A program made the position numbers and the translations under genes. A stretch of DNA of 48,963 nucleotides from NCBI GenBank assembly GCA_947486405.1, contig CANKTL010000001.1, positions 1 to 48,963 of the forward strand, written 5' to 3'. Below the pieces are notes generated by a model that had not been told where the DNA came from, searched no databases, and saw only the letters and a list, made by a program, of their open reading frames with translations. This document shows positions 27,815 through 37,630 of this stretch, one piece after another (the stretch's first letter is position 1; each line of letters opens with the position of its first letter). The DNA comes from a bacterium (GTDB lineage: Bacteria; Margulisbacteria; Marinamargulisbacteria; CANKTL01).

Positions 27815-28825
27815 ATGAATAAAAAGATTGTAGGGATGGTACAGTTGGGGGCATCAGGGCAACCTGAAAGTGCTGATGAAGTGGCACGTCGTTATTTTGC
27901 TCATATTAAAACGAGAACGGTTCAATTACCGGAGTCTTTGATTGCCGATATTTATGAATATCTGGAAAATTCCCCAGCAGAAGACCCGTTTATTCGAATC
28001 AACGAATCCGTTCGCCTCTGCTACACCCAATTTCAGGCTTGTTTACCGTACACCCTCGCCACTGACGATAAACATTATGCCTTAGTAATGGATAATGTCC
28101 GACACCTGCTGAGTCAGGATCACAATAACCCTCAGTATCGTCCGTTGTTGGCCGCTGCGGCCGGCCACGACTTGGAGCGGTGGTTTGATCACGATGGTAG
28201 CGGCGAATTTGGCACGGGGTATGGGGTGGCTAAATTGAATACGTTAGTTTCAAGGGATCATCCTCAGGCGAAAGAGTTGCAGACCGAATTAAAGCGCTTG
28301 GATGAATCGCTGCGAAAAGTTGAAATTCACCCTTGGGCATCGTTGCGGTTGATGGGTTTTTTGATGGAAAAATGCGGATTGGACGAAGGCTTTCAATTGA
28401 AAGTGAAAATATTAATTCGCTTCCATGACACGCCGCCCGAGGCTATCACACCGGAAAAAATAGAGGCCGAATTTCCAGGGCATGGGCTTGATATCTCTGA
28501 ACTAATGTCTGAAATTAAACTATTGGGCCAAGCAGATGCCATGGTGTTTTTCCAAACCCCCACGATCAAATTGTTTTTAGAAGAGCGTATCGATATAACG
28601 CCACGGCCAGAATTAGTGAGCCGATTGGCTAAGAATTTGAAAAAAATGGGGACTCAGGCTGAGACTGCGTATGAAGCTGGCCTTGCGTCAATTCAGGGCG
28701 AAGAGCCTACCTCGCGACACGACGATTCAGGGATTGATCTTATAGATCCTGAAGATACTCAGGGTAAGGCGTTTGAAATCGGTGCCATGCAAGCGTTACT
28801 GACAGAAGCGTGGAAACAAATATAA
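27815..28825 (+). CDS. Hypothetical 336-aa soluble protein
   Basis: SD AGGGGAG 6 nt upstream of the ATG. Scattered HD-like dipeptides (GHDLERWFDHDG, RFHDTPPE) but no confident family assignment. Confidence 0.7.
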   Translation: MNKKIVGMVQLGASGQPESADEVARRYFAHIKTRTVQLPESLIADIYEYLENSPAEDPFIRINESVRLCYTQFQACLPYTLATDDKHYALVMDNVRHLLSQDHNNPQYRPLLAAAAGHDLERWFDHDGSGEFGTGYGVAKLNTLVSRDHPQAKELQTELKRLDESLRKVEIHPWASLRLMGFLMEKCGLDEGFQLKVKILIRFHDTPPEAITPEKIEAEFPGHGLDISELMSEIKLLGQADAMVFFQTPTIKLFLEERIDITPRPELVSRLAKNLKKMGTQAETAYEAGLASIQGEEPTSRHDDSGIDLIDPEDTQGKAFEIGAMQALLTEAWKQI

Positions 28826-28863
28826 AAAGAAAAGGCCGGCGTATTTAAGCATACCGCCGGCCT
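28824..28863 (-). terminator. Rho-independent terminator for the minus-strand lipoprotein gene (may also stop the convergent plus-strand gene)
   Basis: Perfect 9-bp GC-rich stem AGGCCGGCG (28833-28841) / CGCCGGCCT (28855-28863) with a 13-nt loop. On the minus strand it is followed by TTTCTTTTT. Confidence 0.75.
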
Positions 28864-28890
28864 CAAGCACATCTAATTAATGCGAATTAA

Positions 28891-29631
28891 TTACTGTAAC
28901 TTAACTTCCAAAATAGCAGATTGGATTTTGCCAATTAGCTGTTTAGAGGTGCTGTTGAAATCGTCAGCTGGGAATGCAGGAAGTCCGCCATCAGCTGAGC
29001 GTTTGGCTGTGCTAAGTGCGAAAAATTCTTTTTCACCCATTTTGCCTTCTTTGTCGCCAATAGTTACTTTCGTTTTGATACCCAATTGATAGGTTTTGCT
29101 TAATCCCATTAAGCCTTCTTCTTTCACATACCCAATAGTGGTGTGAAGAACAACAACGCAGTCTGCACCTGAATCAGAGGTCAATGTTTTCGCAATTGAT
29201 CCTTGGCCCAAATCAGCGCTTGGAAGTGGGTCAAATTTTACAACCGTGATACGTGCTTTAGACAATAGGTCAGGGAATTTCGCATTCAAATTTTCTTTGA
29301 ATCGATCATAGCTTTCTTGAGTAGCGGCTTCATTTTTTTGACGCGCAGCTGCAACACCTTGGGCATTTTCAACGGCTTTGCCAGAGAACAATCCACCCAA
29401 TACGTTAGCTGCTTCGCCGGCACCAATACCGTCTCCGCCCACCGCTGAGCTACCTAATACGTTTCCGCCAGAGTCGAATTGAACCAATCCATCCTCATAT
29501 TCATACGCTACTACAGCGGCTGATTTTGCATTTTTAACTCGGTCCCAAGGATTACATCCGGCAATACCCACCGCAACAAGTGCGAGTAAACCGAAGGTCC
29601 CCATTTTCTTAAGTGCGTTACTAGTCGTCAT
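28891..29631 (-). CDS. Hypothetical lipoprotein
   Basis: Signal peptide with lipobox GIAGC, a Gly-rich segment, and no motif I recognise. Confidence 0.7.
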   Translation of the reverse strand: MTTSNALKKMGTFGLLALVAVGIAGCNPWDRVKNAKSAAVVAYEYEDGLVQFDSGGNVLGSSAVGGDGIGAGEAANVLGGLFSGKAVENAQGVAAARQKNEAATQESYDRFKENLNAKFPDLLSKARITVVKFDPLPSADLGQGSIAKTLTSDSGADCVVVLHTTIGYVKEEGLMGLSKTYQLGIKTKVTIGDKEGKMGEKEFFALSTAKRSADGGLPAFPADDFNSTSKQLIGKIQSAILEVKLQ

Positions 29632-29692
29632 TTACAATTCCTTTCTCGTAATTCTAGGAAAAATAGCATCAATTTAATAATAGGAGAAATTA

Positions 29693-29737
29693 ATGGCCGA
29701 CGCAATCGGAATATATGATAAATTAAGCTCAACATGA
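29693..29737 (+). promoter_or_regulatory. 14-codon upstream ORF (MADAIGIYDKLSST) ATGA-coupled to the methyltransferase start
   Basis: AGGAG lies 7 nt upstream of ATG 29693. Its TGA (29735-29737) overlaps ATG 29734 of the main ORF, which has no SD of its own. Confidence 0.3.
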
Positions 29738-30708
29738 ATGTGCCTGCACCGTCGGATACCGCGTTATTAAATCGGATAGCTAAACAATATCGCCACCTGG
29801 GTAAATGGGCCCGTCGTCAGGGGCTCACTTGTTTTCGCGTATATGATGGGGATTTGCCGGATTATCCGATCATTGTGGACTGGATGGATGGGGATGCCGT
29901 CGCCTGGATTCACCCCAGAAAAAAAGATGACACCCCTGAAAAAACGCTAACCTATCGCAGTGGTGTGATTGCGGCGATCTTGGGCGCGTTGGAGATCCCG
30001 CGGAATCGGCTGTGGGTAAAAGAACGCAAGGTGCAAGAAGGGCTCAGCTATCAGTACACCAAATTAGGACGCCGCAGCGTGACCCGGATCGTTGAAGAAA
30101 ACGGCCTAAAATTTGAGTTGAATTTAAGCGACTATTTGGATATCGGCCTCTTCTTAGACCACCGCAAAACCCGACAAATGGTTCAAGAGCTATCCGATGG
30201 ATTACGCGTGCTGAATTTGTTCGCCTACACCGGCAGTTTTACCTGTTATGCGATTGCAGGCGGCGCCTCCGACACGTTAACCGTTGATTTAAATCCCAAT
30301 TATTGTGAGTGGGCCCGAAGAAATATGGCCCTAAACGGCACAACAGATAACGGTCGCCACCGCGTAGTCGAGGCCGATTGCCAACACTTTTTAAGCAACA
30401 CCAGAAATGGCAGATTCGATATCGTGGTCTGTGACCCGCCCACCTTTAGCAACTCCAAACGCAAAGATGCCACCCGACTCAGTATCGTAGACGACTTCGC
30501 TGAACTAATCGACGAATGCCTGCGGGTTTTAGACACAGACGGTATTTTAATTTTCAGCACCAACGCGAGAGGCTTCAAAATGGACGCGGCAAAGCTCAAA
30601 CGCCCGGCTACCATAGTCGAAATCACCCCACAAACTCAGTCAGAAGACTTTAAAAACCGAGATGGCCATCGCTGCTGGTTAATTCGATCCCTGCCGTCGC
30701 AGGGATGA
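29734..30708 (+). CDS. Class I SAM-dependent rRNA methyltransferase (RlmK/RlmI-like, Methyltrans_SAM type)
   Basis: N-terminus LLNRIAKQYRHLGKWARRQGLTCFRVYDGDLPDY, motif I NLFAYTGSFT, and catalytic VCDPPTFSNSK, as in the C-terminal half of E. coli RlmL. Confidence 0.8.
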   Translation: MNVPAPSDTALLNRIAKQYRHLGKWARRQGLTCFRVYDGDLPDYPIIVDWMDGDAVAWIHPRKKDDTPEKTLTYRSGVIAAILGALEIPRNRLWVKERKVQEGLSYQYTKLGRRSVTRIVEENGLKFELNLSDYLDIGLFLDHRKTRQMVQELSDGLRVLNLFAYTGSFTCYAIAGGASDTLTVDLNPNYCEWARRNMALNGTTDNGRHRVVEADCQHFLSNTRNGRFDIVVCDPPTFSNSKRKDATRLSIVDDFAELIDECLRVLDTDGILIFSTNARGFKMDAAKLKRPATIVEITPQTQSEDFKNRDGHRCWLIRSLPSQG

Positions 30709-30717
30709 CAGCAATTC

Positions 30718-32529
30718 CTACAAATACCCCTGAGCCTGTAGATTAAATAATCGGTGATAGGTACCGTTAGCGAGAATTAGCTCGTCGTGAGTGCCTTGTT
30801 CGAGGATTTGGCCGTGTTCGAGCACGACGATGCGGTCGGCCATGCGCACGGTGGGGAAGCGGTGTGAGATCAGGATGCTGGTTTTGCCAGCCGTGAGTTG
30901 GCGGAATCGTTCGAAAATAACTTGCTCCGCGTCGGCATCGAGGGCGGCGGTGGGTTCGTCGAAAATTAAAACGTCGGCATCTTCTCGCATGAAGCCACGG
31001 GCCAAGGCCACTTTTTGCCATTGACCGCCAGACAATTCCACACCTTCGTGAAACCAACGGCCCAAGGGGGTGGCGATATCACTATGAAGGCCCGCGGCCA
31101 CTTCTTCGGCCCCACCTTTGACCACCGAGCGTCGGATTTGCGGCACGTCATCCACATGATCGATACTGCCAACGCCGACGTTTTCCTGAAATGTGAGTTG
31201 ATACTGATTGAAGTCTTGAAACACGACGCCAATGCGTCGGCGAAGCACGTGTAAATCCCACTCCTTTAAATCAATCCCGTCCAACAAAATACGGCCTTCG
31301 CTGGGATCGTACAGGCGGCAGAGCAATTTAATAAAGGTAGATTTGCCAGCGCCGTTATGGCCCACCAAGGCCAACGATTTCCCGGCCGGAATTTCCAATG
31401 AAATATTCCGTAATACCCATTTATCACTGCCATTATAGTGAAAGCCCACATTCTCAAAGCGAATACCAGAATGACTGGTTGGTGGTGCGGGATGAGTGGC
31501 TTTTTTTAATGCGTCTTCAGATTCCAACGTCTGGATGTTCAAAAATTCAAATAAATTCGACATGTATAAATTGCTTTCATACATACTACCGACGGCGGTT
31601 AAGCAACTTTGAAATGCCTGCTGCCCCTGGCGAAAGGCCATTAAATAGAGGGTCAATTGGCCCAACGTTGCTTTTCCCAAAGCTGCCATCCCCGCCATAA
31701 CGCCGTAACTGACATAAAAGGTAGCGGTAGCCAACAACGACAGTACATACGCCCAAATTGATCGCGAGGTAGAGAGTCGTTTATCTTCCTCGTAAAAGCG
31801 ATAGGCCAAGGATTTATAGCGCTGTAAAAAGAGATCAGACAGCCCCATTACTTTAACTTCTTTGGCGTGCTCGTCATTGGCCAACACGTATTCCAAATAA
31901 TTTAAGCGGCGATTATCCGGGCTGCGGCGATTGCGCATGCGAAAGGCGGCATTGGAAAAGCGCATTTCTGCAACGGTGGCAGGAATTGCCGCGGCGATGA
32001 GCCCGAGTACAATCCAAGCACTAAACGAGGCCAATAATCCCACGTAGCCCAAAAAGGTAAGGGCATTTTGCAAGAGCTGGAGGGTATCCGTTACCATCGC
32101 CACCGGCCGCACCGAGGCCTGTTGCCGCGCCCGAGTTAATGAATCGTAAATGTCTGAATTTTCAAAGTGACGCAGTTCCAATTGAACCGCTTTTTCCAAT
32201 ATCATGATATTCACATCGGCACCCAATTTGGCGCCCAGCAGCCCCTGGCCTAAAAAGAGGCCCCGCAGAATAGCCGCCTGAAACGCGATTATGAGGGCCT
32301 CCGCAATAACCCAGTAGACGGTCAAACGAAAATCATGGGCCATAATCGCGTCCACAATCCACTTGCCCAAAATTGCCACTAAAATTGGCAAAATGGCGGC
32401 AAATAGGGTCAAGATGCCGATGGTAATACACAGCTTTTTAGACGATCGCCAGGCCAATTTGAGGCTGGGCGGGATATGCCGAAAACTATCGATTAAGGTG
32501 TGAGATATTTTTTTAGCAAATTGCACCAT
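30718..32529 (-). CDS. ABC exporter, fused permease/ATPase (MsbA-like half transporter)
   Basis: Six N-terminal TM helices. Walker A GHNGAGKST, signature LSGGQWQKVALAR and Walker B VLIFDEPTAALD. Confidence 0.9.
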   Translation of the reverse strand: MVQFAKKISHTLIDSFRHIPPSLKLAWRSSKKLCITIGILTLFAAILPILVAILGKWIVDAIMAHDFRLTVYWVIAEALIIAFQAAILRGLFLGQGLLGAKLGADVNIMILEKAVQLELRHFENSDIYDSLTRARQQASVRPVAMVTDTLQLLQNALTFLGYVGLLASFSAWIVLGLIAAAIPATVAEMRFSNAAFRMRNRRSPDNRRLNYLEYVLANDEHAKEVKVMGLSDLFLQRYKSLAYRFYEEDKRLSTSRSIWAYVLSLLATATFYVSYGVMAGMAALGKATLGQLTLYLMAFRQGQQAFQSCLTAVGSMYESNLYMSNLFEFLNIQTLESEDALKKATHPAPPTSHSGIRFENVGFHYNGSDKWVLRNISLEIPAGKSLALVGHNGAGKSTFIKLLCRLYDPSEGRILLDGIDLKEWDLHVLRRRIGVVFQDFNQYQLTFQENVGVGSIDHVDDVPQIRRSVVKGGAEEVAAGLHSDIATPLGRWFHEGVELSGGQWQKVALARGFMREDADVLIFDEPTAALDADAEQVIFERFRQLTAGKTSILISHRFPTVRMADRIVVLEHGQILEQGTHDELILANGTYHRLFNLQAQGYL

Positions 32530-32561
32530 ATCTCTTCAGTTTTAGCAGATAAACGCCGATT

Positions 32562-33665
32562 TTAGTATTGGGGGTAGGTCGTGTGCCTTAAACAACTGAG
32601 CAGAATAAAAGGTAATGTCCGCTTATAATCGGGACAAGTGAAGATCGCTGCCATGTCGGAACTTTTGATGTGATAATCGGGCGCTTCTTGTGTCTCTTGT
32701 TTAGCGTGATCGATTTGGAATCCGATGTTGCCCGCAAGATTGGGAAAAAGTCCCTTGTCGACATGGCGGAATGCTAGATCGTGATTAGTGCTCCCCATCC
32801 ACATAAAATGACGAATATTATTAATATGCGCGGCACCCCCGTCCGATGATTCTGAAACACTGTTGACCCATCGTTTCACGGCCCCGAATTTGGCGTCATC
32901 ACGCATGAATGCATCTGAACCTCGGTAGTTGTGGGCAATAGTAAGTTGAGGGGGGGTGGAGTCGATACCTTTATCTTGGCCATGCAGGTTCTCGACTGAG
33001 TCAGTGTGGCGCAACTGAGAAATCGTCACGTGAACCGTTACGGTTTTATCCGATTGTGTAATCGGCGGAAGGGGATCACGCTCAGGATCAAGGCCCTCAA
33101 ACCCGATGATGGGATTGTAAGATAATGCGCGTGTCACAGGGGCGGCCTCAGGATACAACCGACCTTGCGCCTGGCCTCTTATCTCCCGCTGAATTGAATT
33201 AGGAAAATGGATATGCATTCGGCCATCACGAAAATGAACTTCGATATGGTCCCGGCCGCATTCGGGTAGGAGGTGCAAAATAGTACCACCGGAAAGTCGA
33301 TCTAGGTGATCTCGGGTAAAGGCCCACAATAAATGCTTGATCATCGACGAAAAATCGCTGCTGCTGACCGCGATAACTGTATGTCCTTGCAGCATCAATT
33401 GAACTATCTCCCAAACTCGCTTTTCTGGAATTTGCTTATAATCGATTGTCTCTGAGTCTACGTTATCGCCTTGGTTCAACGTTAATTGCATCGGATCAAA
33501 GCAAAAAACAGTGCCAGCCGGAGTACGAGTCTCTGCAAATTCATTCATAAATTCTCTCAGAGCCGTTGCGACATGAACCTTGTAGTCCCATTGATGGGAA
33601 CGCTCTACGTCAGTGGGCGTGGGCCAGGTCTTGTCTATGGCGTCCAGTGAAATAAATTTATACAT
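32562..33665 (-). CDS. Hypothetical 367-aa soluble protein
   Basis: Long ORF 32 nt upstream of the ABC exporter on the same strand. SD GGAGGA precedes the ATG. No motif recognised. Confidence 0.65.
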   Translation of the reverse strand: MYKFISLDAIDKTWPTPTDVERSHQWDYKVHVATALREFMNEFAETRTPAGTVFCFDPMQLTLNQGDNVDSETIDYKQIPEKRVWEIVQLMLQGHTVIAVSSSDFSSMIKHLLWAFTRDHLDRLSGGTILHLLPECGRDHIEVHFRDGRMHIHFPNSIQREIRGQAQGRLYPEAAPVTRALSYNPIIGFEGLDPERDPLPPITQSDKTVTVHVTISQLRHTDSVENLHGQDKGIDSTPPQLTIAHNYRGSDAFMRDDAKFGAVKRWVNSVSESSDGGAAHINNIRHFMWMGSTNHDLAFRHVDKGLFPNLAGNIGFQIDHAKQETQEAPDYHIKSSDMAAIFTCPDYKRTLPFILLSCLRHTTYPQY

Positions 33666-33727
33666 AGCCTCGATTCCTCCTTAAATCTCCGTAATATTAA
33701 AATTACATTAAATTAACGGTGGTGTAC

Positions 33728-33757
33728 ATGAGAATTATCGAACCCCAAACAAAATAA
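33728..33757 (+). promoter_or_regulatory. 9-codon upstream ORF (MRIIEPQTK) in the ABC-F leader
   Basis: ATG 33728 is preceded by GGTGG. A 9-bp long-range pairing follows, AGTTTAACC (33767-33775) with GGTTAAACT (33818-33826), ending 9 nt before the ABC-F ATG. Confidence 0.25.
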
Positions 33758-33835
33758 ATTCAACAGAGTTTAACCGGAGGGGCACAAAACAGGATATTTG
33801 CACGTGCCGCGCCTATTGGTTAAACTAAAACACTT

Positions 33836-35317
33836 ATGATTTCGTTTAATGATCTATCGTTGGCGTTCGGGTCACAGGTGCTGTATGAAAATGTCAGCGT
33901 CAATATTAATACCAAAGACCGAATCGGTTTAATTGGCCGCAACGGCACGGGTAAATCGACCCTGTTTTCGTTGATTAATAACGAGTTGGAGCCTGATTCC
34001 GGTAATATTGCCATTCCCAAAAATTACAGCATCGGCACCGTCAAACAGGTGCTGGAATTCACAAAAGATTTTTTATTAGAAGAAGCCTGTTTGGGATTGC
34101 GGCCCGATCAACAATACGACGAATGGCGCGTTGAAAAGCTATTAACCGGGTTGGGGTTTTCAGATGAAGATTTTTACAAAGACCCCAAAAGTTTTTCGGG
34201 TGGCTATCAAATTCGCCTCAATTTGGTGAAAGTGTTGGCCGGCGAACCGGATATGTTGCTGTTAGACGAACCTACCAACTACCTCGATTTGCCCTCAATG
34301 AGATGGCTACAAGGCTTTCTGAAAAACTGGCCGGGCGAATTTATTTTGATCACTCACGACCGGCATTTTATGGATGCGGTGACAAACCATTCGATGATTA
34401 TTCATCGGGGTAAATTGCGAAAATTAAAAGGGTCTTCCATCGATTTAATGGGTAAAATTGAAGAAGAAGAAGACATTCACGAAAAAACACGGGCGAATCA
34501 AGAGAAGAAGGAAAAGAAAACCCAGGCCTTTATTGATACGTTTCGCTATAAAGCTAATTTCGCGCGGTTGGTTCAATCTCGAATTAAAACATTAGAAAAA
34601 TCCCAAAAATTGACCAAATTGGATGATATTCAGACCTTGGATTTTGCGTTTAATTCTGCGCCATTCCAGGCGAAATCCATGATGAAAATCAAAGATGTCT
34701 TTTTTAGTTATTCTGAAGATGGACCGGAACTGGTTAAGAAATTTAGCCTGGAAATCAGCAGCACGGATCGCATTTGCATTATCGGCAAAAACGGGGTGGG
34801 AAAATCTACATTATTGCGGTTATTGTCGGGGCATTTGAAGCCCACCAGTGGCGAAATTACCTCTCATTCCGCGGTGGAAATGGGGTATTTTGGCCAAACC
34901 AATATCAGCACGTTATATGCCGATCACACGATCGAAGAAGAATTGGCGAGTAGCATGCCGGTGGCGTATCGCGAACGAGTGCGCACCGTGGCCGGTGTCA
35001 TGATGTTTTCGGGTGATTTGGCGCTTAAAAAAATCAAGGTGCTATCCGGGGGCGAAAAAAGCCGCGTATTGTTGGGCAAAATTCTCTTAAAACCCACCAA
35101 CCTATTGTTACTCGACGAACCGACTCACCATTTAGATATGGATTCCTGTGACGAGTTGGTCGAAGCCATTGAAAATTTCAAAGGGGCCTCAGTGATCGTC
35201 ACCCACGACGAATCGTTTCTGCACCTGTTGGCGCAAAAACTCATCGTGTTTTCAGACAAAGGCATCCGTATTTTTCACGGCACCTATCAGGATTTTCTGA
35301 ATAAGGGTGGGTTTTAA
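33836..35317 (+). CDS. ABC-F family ATPase (two nucleotide-binding domains, no TM)
   Basis: Walker A GRNGTGKST and GKNGVGKST, signatures FSGGYQIRLNL and LSGGEKSRVLL, and a charged inter-domain linker EEEEDIHEKTRANQEKKEKK. Confidence 0.9.
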   Translation: MISFNDLSLAFGSQVLYENVSVNINTKDRIGLIGRNGTGKSTLFSLINNELEPDSGNIAIPKNYSIGTVKQVLEFTKDFLLEEACLGLRPDQQYDEWRVEKLLTGLGFSDEDFYKDPKSFSGGYQIRLNLVKVLAGEPDMLLLDEPTNYLDLPSMRWLQGFLKNWPGEFILITHDRHFMDAVTNHSMIIHRGKLRKLKGSSIDLMGKIEEEEDIHEKTRANQEKKEKKTQAFIDTFRYKANFARLVQSRIKTLEKSQKLTKLDDIQTLDFAFNSAPFQAKSMMKIKDVFFSYSEDGPELVKKFSLEISSTDRICIIGKNGVGKSTLLRLLSGHLKPTSGEITSHSAVEMGYFGQTNISTLYADHTIEEELASSMPVAYRERVRTVAGVMMFSGDLALKKIKVLSGGEKSRVLLGKILLKPTNLLLLDEPTHHLDMDSCDELVEAIENFKGASVIVTHDESFLHLLAQKLIVFSDKGIRIFHGTYQDFLNKGGF

Positions 35318-35391
35318 GAAACTCTTTCTGCGCACAACAACGTTGGTTTTGCCAGCCCAGGCGACCTACCTGCGTGTGTGGCCGAAAAAAA

Positions 35392-35985
35392 TTAGAGTTT
35401 TACGGCCTGTAATTTAAAAATCAATGTCACCTGATCACCAATGACCTGACCCGATTCCACCATCATGTTTTGGACAAGCCCAAAATCACGACGATTCAGT
35501 GTGCCAGTAGCGGTAATGGCCGCGCGTTGTTTGCTTTGCATGTCTTTGACGCTGCCTAAGTATTTAGCAGTCAGAAGCACTTCTTTGGTGACACCGTGCA
35601 TGGTTAAATCTCCGACGACGGTAAAGTTAGTGGCGTCTTTCCAAACGACTTTTTTAGTCACATAGGTCATTTTAGGAAACTTTGTCACATCAAAGAAATC
35701 AGGGCTCCGAAGGTGCTCATCTCGTTTTTGAATGCCAGTGTCGACAGATGCAACATCTATATCACATTTGGCACTAATTTGATTCTTTTTATCCACCTCA
35801 AATGAAGCAGTAAAGTTATTAAAGCGACCATCGACCGTTGAAATGACCAAATATGGAATTTCGAACGCAACAGACGAATGATTGGGGTCTATTTCATATT
35901 TTCCCTGAGGAATACTGGGGGCTGCAATACAGACCTGAGAAACGGTAAGAGCAGCTACGAATGCAAGAAAAAATGCTTTTTTCAT
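35392..35985 (-). CDS. YceI-family periplasmic protein
   Basis: Signal peptide followed by YEIDPNHSSVAFEI...HGVTKEV, typical of YceI. Perfect SD AAGGAG. Confidence 0.85.
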   Translation of the reverse strand: MKKAFFLAFVAALTVSQVCIAAPSIPQGKYEIDPNHSSVAFEIPYLVISTVDGRFNNFTASFEVDKKNQISAKCDIDVASVDTGIQKRDEHLRSPDFFDVTKFPKMTYVTKKVVWKDATNFTVVGDLTMHGVTKEVLLTAKYLGSVKDMQSKQRAAITATGTLNRRDFGLVQNMMVESGQVIGDQVTLIFKLQAVKL

Positions 35986-36007
35986 GGGACTCCTTTTGAA
36001 TAGATTG

Positions 36008-36037
36008 TTGAAATGATTGGGCTGCGAAGGCTAATAT
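36008..36037 (+). promoter_or_regulatory. Candidate sigma70 promoter TTGAAA-18 nt-TAATAT for the MFS gene
   Basis: The hexamers were read directly. The -10 ends 16 nt before ATG 36054. Confidence 0.4.
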
Positions 36038-36053
36038 AGCTTAGAGAGAACTC

Positions 36054-37628
36054 ATGGATCAATATAAAAAGCTTAGTTTGATTGGTGTGATGCTGGCGGT
36101 ATTTTTATCGGCGCTCGACCAAACCATCGTGTCTACCGCCTTGCCTGAAATTGTGGGCGATTTACAGGGCCTTTCCCATATTAGTTGGGTGTTTTCCGCC
36201 TATATGCTTGCGTCTACTATTACCATTCCAATTTACGGAAAATTGTCAGACATCATTGGCCGTCGCACCATGTATTTAATTGGAATTGCGGTGTTTATGG
36301 CCGGGTCTATTTTGGCCGGGATATCTCAGTCGATGCTGCAATTGATTATTTTTAGAGGCATTCAGGGTATTGGTGCAGGGGCCATGATGGTCAATGCACT
36401 GGCCACTATTGGAGATATGTTTCCGCCGTCAACACGGGGTAAATACCAGGGTGTGATTGGCGCTGCTTTTGGGGCTGCCAGCGTGTTGGGCCCGCTGTTG
36501 GGTGGATGGATTACCGACGTGTCGTCATGGCGCTGGGTATTCTATATCAATATTCCAGTGGGCATTATTGCATTTGCGGTGTTGGCGATCGGGTTACCGA
36601 GTCGGGCGTCGCATCATGAAAGCCGGCCCATCGATTATTTAGGTGCCATATTGTTGACCGTAACGTTGGTGCCCTTTTTGCTGATTATGGTGTGGGGCGG
36701 CACTGAATTTGCCTGGGGATCGCTCCTGATTAAGCTGTTATTTTCCACGTTCATTTTGGGATTAATCGCCTATGTATGGGCCGAGTTCAAAGCCAAAGAG
36801 CCGATTATTTCACCGGCCTTGTTCTCCAGTCGTTCGTTTTTGATCTCAGTAATTTGCACCTTTTTGACATCAGCGGGCATGTTTGGCGCGATCATGTATT
36901 TGCCGCTTTTTGCCCAAGGCACGCTGGAAATGTCGGCGACCCGCTCGGGTGCCTTGCTAATTCCGATGATGCTGGCAATGGTGGGCTCCTCAATATTGAG
37001 CGGTATGGCCATATCGAAAACCGGAAAATACAAATGGATGGTCGTCGGGGCGATGATGGTGAGCGCGTTTGCGCTATTTCGCTGTATCGGAATGGGCATT
37101 ACCACCGATTATTGGGAAGTGGTCTTTAACCTTGTTTTACTGGGTGCTGGACTGGGTGTGACGATGCCGGTGTTTAATATTGCCGTTCAAAATGCCTTTT
37201 CCCATCAAAAAATGGGGGAAGTTTCAGCCTCGGTTCAATTATTTCGTTCATTAGGGAGTACCGTAGGAGCGGCGGGGATGGGTGGCATTTTAAACCTGGT
37301 GATGACCCGGGAATTTGCCCACTTAACCCATCATCCATTTGTGGGGATGGCCAAGCAATTGGTGCAGGGGCCAGCGGCTATCGTTAACACCCACACAATG
37401 CATAGTATTTTAACCGAATCGGGCCGCCAATCGATGTTTTCGGTGTTGGCGCTAGTGCCCAGGGCCGACCGTGGCATGATGCTTTCGGCGTTTAGCCAGT
37501 TTAAAATTTCAGCCCAAATCATATTGAGCCACGGGATGTCGGCGGTGTTTGTAACAGCCTTGGTTCTCACTGTGCTGGCGATCATTGTGGCGCTGTTTCT
37601 GCCAGAACTACCGCTTCGGCGAGAATAA
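36054..37628 (+). CDS. MFS transporter, DHA2 (EmrB/QacA, 14-TM) type
   Basis: [11 protein letters not shown] near the N-terminus, motif [11 protein letters not shown], and a 524-aa length with about 14 hydrophobic segments. Confidence 0.88.
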   Translation: MDQYKKLSLIGVMLAVFLSALDQTIVSTALPEIVGDLQGLSHISWVFSAYMLASTITIPIYGKLSDIIGRRTMYLIGIAVFMAGSILAGISQSMLQLIIFRGIQGIGAGAMMVNALATIGDMFPPSTRGKYQGVIGAAFGAASVLGPLLGGWITDVSSWRWVFYINIPVGIIAFAVLAIGLPSRASHHESRPIDYLGAILLTVTLVPFLLIMVWGGTEFAWGSLLIKLLFSTFILGLIAYVWAEFKAKEPIISPALFSSRSFLISVICTFLTSAGMFGAIMYLPLFAQGTLEMSATRSGALLIPMMLAMVGSSILSGMAISKTGKYKWMVVGAMMVSAFALFRCIGMGITTDYWEVVFNLVLLGAGLGVTMPVFNIAVQNAFSHQKMGEVSASVQLFRSLGSTVGAAGMGGILNLVMTREFAHLTHHPFVGMAKQLVQGPAAIVNTHTMHSILTESGRQSMFSVLALVPRADRGMMLSAFSQFKISAQIILSHGMSAVFVTALVLTVLAIIVALFLPELPLRRE

Positions 37629-37630
37629 CC

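Noticed and set aside
35318-35391. Terminator between the convergent ABC-F and yceI genes
   Set aside because: There is only an 8-bp self-complementary CAACGTTG with no loop, plus an A-run. No convincing stem-loop with a T-tract on either strand.
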